64,000 bases of DNA, from the NCBI RefSeq assembly GCF_009914755.1, contig NC_060942.1; one strand, 5' to 3'. The position numbers and the translations under genes were made by a program. The notes beneath the pieces were generated by a model. The model worked only from the letters and a program-made list of their open reading frames with translations, was not told the DNA's origin and did no database searches. The stretch is from the human T2T-CHM13v2.0 reference genome, Homo sapiens. This document shows, in pieces, positions 57,001-64,000 of this stretch. How positions within the stretch are numbered: the stretch's first letter is position 1; each line of letters starts with the position of its first letter.

Positions 57001-57427
57001 TTCTTTAGCATGTTGCTTATAATTGCTTGTTGTAATCAATCCAAAGAGTTTGCTTGCAGGAAATTAAGATTTAAATATAGAAGACAGGCAAGGTGTCAGA
57101 GAACCTAATGGGCCTCCAAATCTTTTATTAGTAAATACATTTATGTTAGCTACCATACTAACTCTAGAAATAGCTATTTATTCCATGATAGCAATTTGTT
57201 TACTCATTAATTTCAATATAGCCTAAATATTATCTCATATTCTTTTAATTAAATATTTTTGTATTAAATATAATTAACTTACATTCTAGTGCTAAAGACA
57301 ACAGGTTTCTCACTCTCACCTTTTACTGGCTTTGGAGTTTAGATTGAATTCAGCAGATAGCTAAGTGACAGTGATTCAATTAACTTGAAATCACAGGGAC
57401 GAGTCAAAAAGAAACGTTTTTTGTTAA

Positions 57428-57612
57428 GGGAGTAAATTTCAAATGTCTCACCACAAAAAGTTAGGTGATTGATATGTTAATTAGCTTAAATTAATTATTC
57501 CACATTACATAACTATATATGTGTGTGTATGTGTGTGTGTATAGTGAAACATCACATTGTACCCAATAAATATATACAATTATTATTTACCAATACAAAA
57601 TAATTAAAAAGA
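57428..57612 (+). mobile_element. L1MA 3' end
   Basis: aaatgtctcaccacaaaaa, gatatgttaattagctt, aacatcacattgtacccaataaatatatacaatt. Confidence 0.78.
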
Positions 57613-58829
57613 AGAAAGGTCTTAATCGATGATGTGCTGAAGCCTAACACTCATTTTCAGTAAAAAAAAAACCCCAGATAATTGAAATTTAAATGTTTTT
57701 ATTTTATATGTTTAACAAGGTTGTCATTAGACGCATGAGAATTGCCTAAACTTGGTAATAATAATCCACAGTGACATGTTTTATTATTTTATTGTTTATA
57801 AAATATAGTGTTAATACAGCTCAAGATACTTGGATTACCAGTGCTACTAATTTTAAAGATACAAATAATTATATGCATCTGTAAAGAAGTAAGCCTGGTC
57901 AAGGTGTGATAGAAGCAAATTGTTGACCTGCGGGGATTGTACACATTTTACCACTGAGGGTGTAAATGTTATAAACAGCAAAACTTAGCTGTGAGTTTCA
58001 CAAGTACAGTATTTGTTTTCAGGGTCACAAAGTTGGTGGGAAACTATATTTGTACTGCATGTTCCTAACCCACATCAACCCTTGGGCAAATTGTTATCAT
58101 AATCATATTTGAGATGTGGTATAAATTAAATATAGATTTAAGCAATATATAGAAATCCATGGATTTATTTGTTCAATAAATAAATGAAAGTAGTATATTT
58201 TACTCATTAGTGTTAAAAGACAATATTCTAAAAATTAATTCACATGAAGATATAGAAATAAACATGTGTTGAATATTTTATTTAACTCGAGGTGGAGGTG
58301 GATGTTATAATTGGTTCAAATAAGAATCTAAATAAAAGGCACATTTATAGAGCACAAGTATTAAAATGGTGTATATATGGAGGCAAAATTAGCTTCTTCT
58401 CCAATTGAGGAATGATGGCTTTTGAACCTGTATTGGGCAGGGCAGAATTTTCATGTCTATAGACAAGAACTGTTTTGTATTGCTAAAAGTTTTCTACAGT
58501 AATTTGCAGAGTTATAGAGTAATTCATTTAATTAGAACTACAAACTGCAGGACTGACCTCTAGACACTCCTTTTCAGAGTTGTAGAATAAGTCATAGAAT
58601 CAGATAAACTGCAAGAGTGTCCTATAGACAATGTGCTTCTACTGTAGCACAATTTTTTTTTCTGCAATACTAGATTTTGGATAATTTAACATATAGTTTA
58701 AAGACAACTGTGATACTTTGGAAATAAAATGAACTCTGCTGTCAAATGGAAGCTAGTATTGCCTTCATTTGTATCCTTTTTCAATATTTGTTCAAATCTT
58801 GTTTTTTGCCATCTAGTATCTGCATGGAG

Positions 58830-58990
58830 TCATCAGTCACCTACCGCTTCTGTGGCTCAGTTTCCTCATTTGTAAAACAAATAATATAAATGCATGTAAT
58901 GCAAGCCCTTTAGGAGGAGGAGCAAGGGACTACATGGCACAACATATGGAAAATACCCTAAATGAATATTATAAAAGTATGCTACATCAT
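58830..58990 (+). mobile_element. MIR fragment
   Basis: ctgtggctcagtttcctcatttgtaaaa, the MIR core. Confidence 0.65.
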
Positions 58991-60244
58991 TCTTACAATA
59001 AATATTTCAGTTAGATATTGTTATGATTCTTAAAGTTCTTTGCTCAAAGTTGCATGCCCATATCACACCTAGAATTGACTCTTTAGTAATTTCTTAGAGC
59101 TGTATTTAGTATTCCACATTTTGCATATCAGCAAACCCATTTTATTCTCTCTGAAACTGGATCACTTCTAAAATTGTTAATGCCTAACAATTCCTCTTGC
59201 TCAGGGGGCTGTCTCAGGTGTAGTTCCCATTGATTGCATGTGCCCCAATCTGGTCTTTGTCGTTCACATTGTCGACAAATCAATTAAATTATGTGCTTTA
59301 TTTAAATTAGTTATGTTGAAGTGTATGTTGAAGTAATTTGTCATTGAAATTGCCTTTAAAATAGTTTGTTATGCTTTACATTGAAACAAAAAAAATCTCA
59401 GTGTATTCAGAAAATTATAGAAACAAAAAATAATATATTCATTTTTAGAGGATTTATTAAAACTATTTAGTCTAAAAGAGTTTTTCATATATAAAATAAA
59501 AATTCAAAGCTATAAGGAAATCTTTCTTCATATTTTATGGGACACATTTTCTTTCTTAGTAAACATAAATGATAGTCCCTAATTACAATTGACAGTGTCC
59601 TAGATCCATTGAATTACAGCATACTAATTTATTTAATTTTTCAAAACAACACGGATAGATAGGTAGCTTTTATCATATTATGCAAATGAGAAACCTGGCA
59701 TTCAGAAAATACTTAAACCTCAAAATCCTTACACCCAATCTAGTGACCTTTCTACTACCCTACCAATAATACTCAGAACACTTTCATTCTATAAAGATTT
59801 TGCTCACAGCATTAAGTAAACACATAATCTTTGAAGCAGCAATTTCTTGATCCATTATTTAATTCTTTAGAGATATGGCAGCTCAATTGTGCTCACAAAG
59901 AGGTGTTAAATTAAAACAAGTAAAATGTGACTTGTTTTAAACCAATCATAAAGGGAATATATTTATTTTTCCTTGTAAACACATGGTGCTGTGTTATTTC
60001 AGAAGATAATAAATGTTTCGTTCTATGTGTGATATTTGCTTTATAGCTGTTGTCACCTTTATGTGATAAGTCAGATGTATCAAATATATTACACTAATGT
60101 TTCATTATACATTCTGGAGAGCGTGTGATAATAAAGGTCTTACATAAACTCTGATTAGGCAATCACCCACGTATTGATCTCTTCCAAGAAATAGTCTTTC
60201 CACTCTAACTATATGTCTCCATATCAAGTTACATTTATACAGGG

Positions 60245-60272
60245 GTGTGTGTGTGTGTGTGTGTGTGTGTGT
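60245..60272. repeat. (GT)14 microsatellite
   Basis: Direct count. Confidence 0.95.
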
Positions 60273-60699
60273 ATTGCATAACTCACAGTTATTACACATC
60301 TGGAAAATTACTTAATCACATTACTTATCAAGAAACTACTAAAAAAAAGACAAACAATAATTAATGTCTACAGAGTAGTAAATTAGAGAAATGTAGCCCC
60401 ATAAAATGTATTTCCTTAAGAATTGTGGCAGATAAAGGTCATTACAATGAATCTTTTGATTCCCTCAAGAAAAGATTAAGTTCTTAGGGATGCTTAGAAA
60501 TGAAAAAGGCAAATAATGAAAGACACGGTATTAGGAAAACACATATTTACATCCATGCCTTTTTTTTCTGGTTATACATAAAAGGTTATTTTTTCTTTCT
60601 CACTGTTACTTAAGAATTTAAGTTGCAGACTATGTGAATAGGAATGAGAAGGCTTTATGATATCTCCCAGAGTCTTTTCTTTCATAGAATGTGGCAATA

Positions 60700-61305
60700 A
60701 TGAATTTCAGCTGAGCCTGTATTTCCGGAAAACAAGAATCGTTAGGAAATCCCAAATTTTCCTAAGGCCCTATCTCTCCACCTCTTTTGTGTTCCAGAAA
60801 TGGCTTGCTGTAAAGAACCATTCATCCCATATGACTTAGAATACACTCAACCTCCATTGTCCACTCTTCCACTCCTCAAAATTCACAGATGACTCCTTCA
60901 AAGCTTTCCTGTGATGAGACCAAACACAGTCAGCCCTTTTCCCTTCTCCTAAACCAGATGATAAGGTCAAGCACAGACCCTACAACTTTTCATTCTTTGT
61001 CTCATGCTTGATCAGCTGAGATTGGGACAAGTTATCCTAACTAGACACAGAGATAAGCATTGAAACTGACTAGACACAGAAATAAACATTTCCTCTTCAG
61101 CTGATAGAGTGAGATGATTTTCCTCATTGTCAAACAATCTCAACTCAAAATTGCCTTACCTATAACTTGTCTTCTCCTTCCCAGAAAAATCTAAAGCAAA
61201 ACCACTCTGCAAACTCCTGCTGATCTTCAGATCTAGGGTCCCCTTCCTACTTCAGTAGGCCGAACAAAATCAATTTTATTACTTGTTTGGCTTTAGTCTT
61301 TCACA
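60700..61305 (+). mobile_element. ERV1 (MER4-group) LTR, subfamily uncertain
   Basis: ttgtgttccagaaatggcttgctgtaaagaacc...catatgacttaga; ends gtctttcaca. Start approximate. Confidence 0.55.
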
Positions 61306-62801
61306 AATGTGTAGTTAATCTGATTTAATTTTGTCATGGAAGTAAATGTACAACAGTGAGAACATTTAAACACAACATACAGCCATATCCAAAAAATAAT
61401 GCACTTGATATTATTGTTATTAATTTACTTGTTGTTTTTATGTACTATCATATATCATTATGTATGTTAATAGCTGTAAAATTGTTTTGACATACCTATT
61501 GCCTTCTTTTGCATAAAAATTCCCCTCTTTTGTTTCACAAACAGGTTATTCTTCCCTAGAATGTACAGAAAACTTACTAAGCATGAAGATTTTTACAAGC
61601 TATAGAAAATATGATCCCTTCACAAGGAATGGGGAATCTAGCTACGAAGAACATAAAATAGAAAGAAAAATGAGAACACATGATATGACTTAAGGCATCT
61701 TTTCACATAACCAATTTAACTGTAATTTTTCTTTGGAGTTTTCTAGATTTCTTGTAAGAAAATATTCACATTTGAAAAACGTACATGTTATCTCCTAGAT
61801 TGCCTTCTATTTTTTAATGATTTAATTCCTTAATTTTTTTACACTTAATCTTCTAACCCATCTTGAGTATTTTTTTGTTTGATGCGTAGTGGTGGTACAT
61901 CTTTATTTTTTTTCTTGAGTCATAGTTTCAAACAATTTATAAAATGTCATATTTAGCTTCCACTACATTAGTATACATGTTTTTGTCATGTATTTCACAC
62001 TTGCATACAGTTGAATCTATTTATAAATTGTCCATTTTGTCCAGATATCCATTTGCCTATTTATTTAAATCTATGCCAAAACATAGTACTTTACAGCCTA
62101 TTTTCATTTCAGGCAAATTAAATTCTCCAATCACCACACTTTTTTTAAAACTCTCTGCATTTATTTTATTATTTTCTTGTGGACTTTAGAATGTACAAGA
62201 TAGTTCCATCAGACTCACAGGATCCACAACACCCAACTCAAGCTTTCCTAGTCTTTTTGAGGATAAAGAGAAAAAGTGAGGAGATCTGAGCCTCATTGTC
62301 CCTCCCCACCCCCTCTGGTAGGTGTCCTCTGGCTCAATATGTCAGGGGAGAGAAAGTTCCAAGTGAGGTTTAATGAGGTAAGGGTACACAAGACAGGAAT
62401 TTTATGAAACATTTCCATTTGGTACCCTGGAAATGTATACAGCTTATACAACATTTTGAAGGATGTTGTGCCTCTTAAGTCCATAGAGTATGGATATAAT
62501 ATGAGTAATGTTATAGCCAGGGCCACCTAACAGTGTACATTTTGTATTTATGATCTCTGCACTTTAGCAAATGTTATTTATCTATTTACCCAGAGATCCG
62601 CTTAAAAAAGGGCTTCTATAGGATCACCTGAATTCTTTCTAATTTTTTCTTTCCCCTATAAAGTGAATGGATTCCACAAAAAAAAAAAAAAAAAAAAAAA
62701 GCCACAGTGGAAAACTAAACAATCAATTTAGATATGTGATTCGCAGAACTACAAATATGGAATCGAGATGTAAAAAGTAATTCAACAACCCAGTAATACA
62801 C

Positions 62802-62802
<1 letters not shown>

Positions 62803-62849
<47 letters not shown>

Positions 62850-62952
62850 GTATATATATTACAATATATAGCGAGAATGTACTCTATATATAGTGTATAT
62901 ACATACATATATATACACATACACATATATATAGATATCTTTACACACATAT
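62803..62952. repeat. (TG)n(TA)n compound low-complexity repeat
   Basis: About 15 TG units followed by TA/CA-rich sequence. Confidence 0.9.
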
Positions 62953-63093
62953 AAATTATTTCAGTAAGTATACGTTTTACAATCATAGTATTAGGAAGAT
63001 AGGAAGCAGAACAGTGATTACAGATAGATCACTACCAATCTAATAACCCTCCTAATATTGAGGTAAATGTCAATGTGTGTACATTTTAAGAAG

Positions 63094-63870
63094 TAAAAAT
63101 TCCTTTGCCAAATTATAATAGTGAGAGAAATCTAACACTGCTGATTCTGTCTTGCTTCTCACCTCACCAGCTAACTCCCCTGTGGATAAACCAACCTAAC
63201 CGTGAGAGGAATTTAGTTTCTGCTTTAACCTTAAAGCGAGAATGATAATACTGTCTTCCCAAAACTATCCCCTCTCCTCATTTAGGGACAAAAACCATCT
63301 TTGTAAAACTAATGAAAGGCTACATGGTTTGAATTTCAGGAGGGGCCTGAATTCTACTAAGACCTATGCATAGTTAAGTGATAACCAGCCATTATTCCCT
63401 ACCTTGCTTACATCTCAGGAGTCATGTAGCCAGAAGTCACAAGATTTGAAACGTTGTCATTATGCCTATAGATAACACAACCATTGTAGAACCTAAGATT
63501 TGTCTTTTGAGATGTTTTTCAAACTTGCATTCTGGCAACCAACTGACTCCATCTGAACCCATGACTCCTTACTCAACCAGTCCTGTGGCCCCCACACAGA
63601 CTCTAACTCAGCACATAGAGATAGTTGTGACATTCTTATAATTTTATCCCCAACCAATCAGCAGCACCCATTTTCTAGCCCCCTGCCTGCCAAATTATCC
63701 TTTACAAACTTTAGCCTCTGAGTTTTGGGAGAAGTGGATTTGAGAAATATCTCTCATCCTTCCACTTGGCCACCTTGTGATAATTCAGCCCTTTCTCTGC
63801 TGCGAAACCACTGTCTCAGTGTTTTGACTTTTCTGTGCAGCAGGCAAGACGAACCCATTGGAATGTAATA
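63094..63870 (+). mobile_element. LTR8-family (LTR8B-like) ERV1 solo LTR
   Basis: cctttgccaaattataatagtgagagaaatctaac, ggagtcatgtagccagaagtcacaagattt, ccaaccaatcagcagcaccc; ends gaacccattggaatgtaata. Confidence 0.85.
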
Positions 63871-64000
63871 GAGGGAGCCATAAAAGGAAAAATAATAAAT
63901 GTGCGTTTTACTACCTACTCAGGGTTAATATTTTATACAATATTTTGAAAATATATTTTTCTCATCAGCTAAGCAAATCTTTTCCAAGACTTTGCAGGCA

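Overview
AT-rich, gene-poor primate (hominoid, most likely human) genomic DNA. I find no protein-coding gene, tRNA, rRNA or CRISPR array. Every ORF in the supplied track is explained by Alu, LTR, ERV or L1 sequence, simple repeats or chance. The window is a mosaic of interspersed repeats. It holds 10 dimeric Alus (AluY, a 5'-truncated AluYe5-like copy and several AluS) plus 2 FLAM monomers, old L1M/L1PA, L2 and MIR fragments, and DNA-transposon MITEs (MADE1, MER47, MER53). It is also unusually rich in LTR elements: a near full-length but dead HERV-L provirus (27660-33683; gag-pro-pol-dUTPase, no env), an older minus-strand ERVL with an LTR40-like LTR, a third very decayed ERVL gag relic, a probable MLT1 LTR-int-LTR element, a HERV-W LTR17 solo LTR nested in MER66 nested in MER21, three THE1 LTRs and an LTR8-family LTR. 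Family names come from my recall of the consensus sequences, not from a database search. I see no evidence for a new biological system. The best leads are an unexplained 87-bp near-identical direct repeat 1.39 kb apart, four intact DUX4 motifs including a head-to-head THE1/HERV-L LTR pair, the triple LTR nest, a miniature L1 insertion and a compound tetranucleotide STR.
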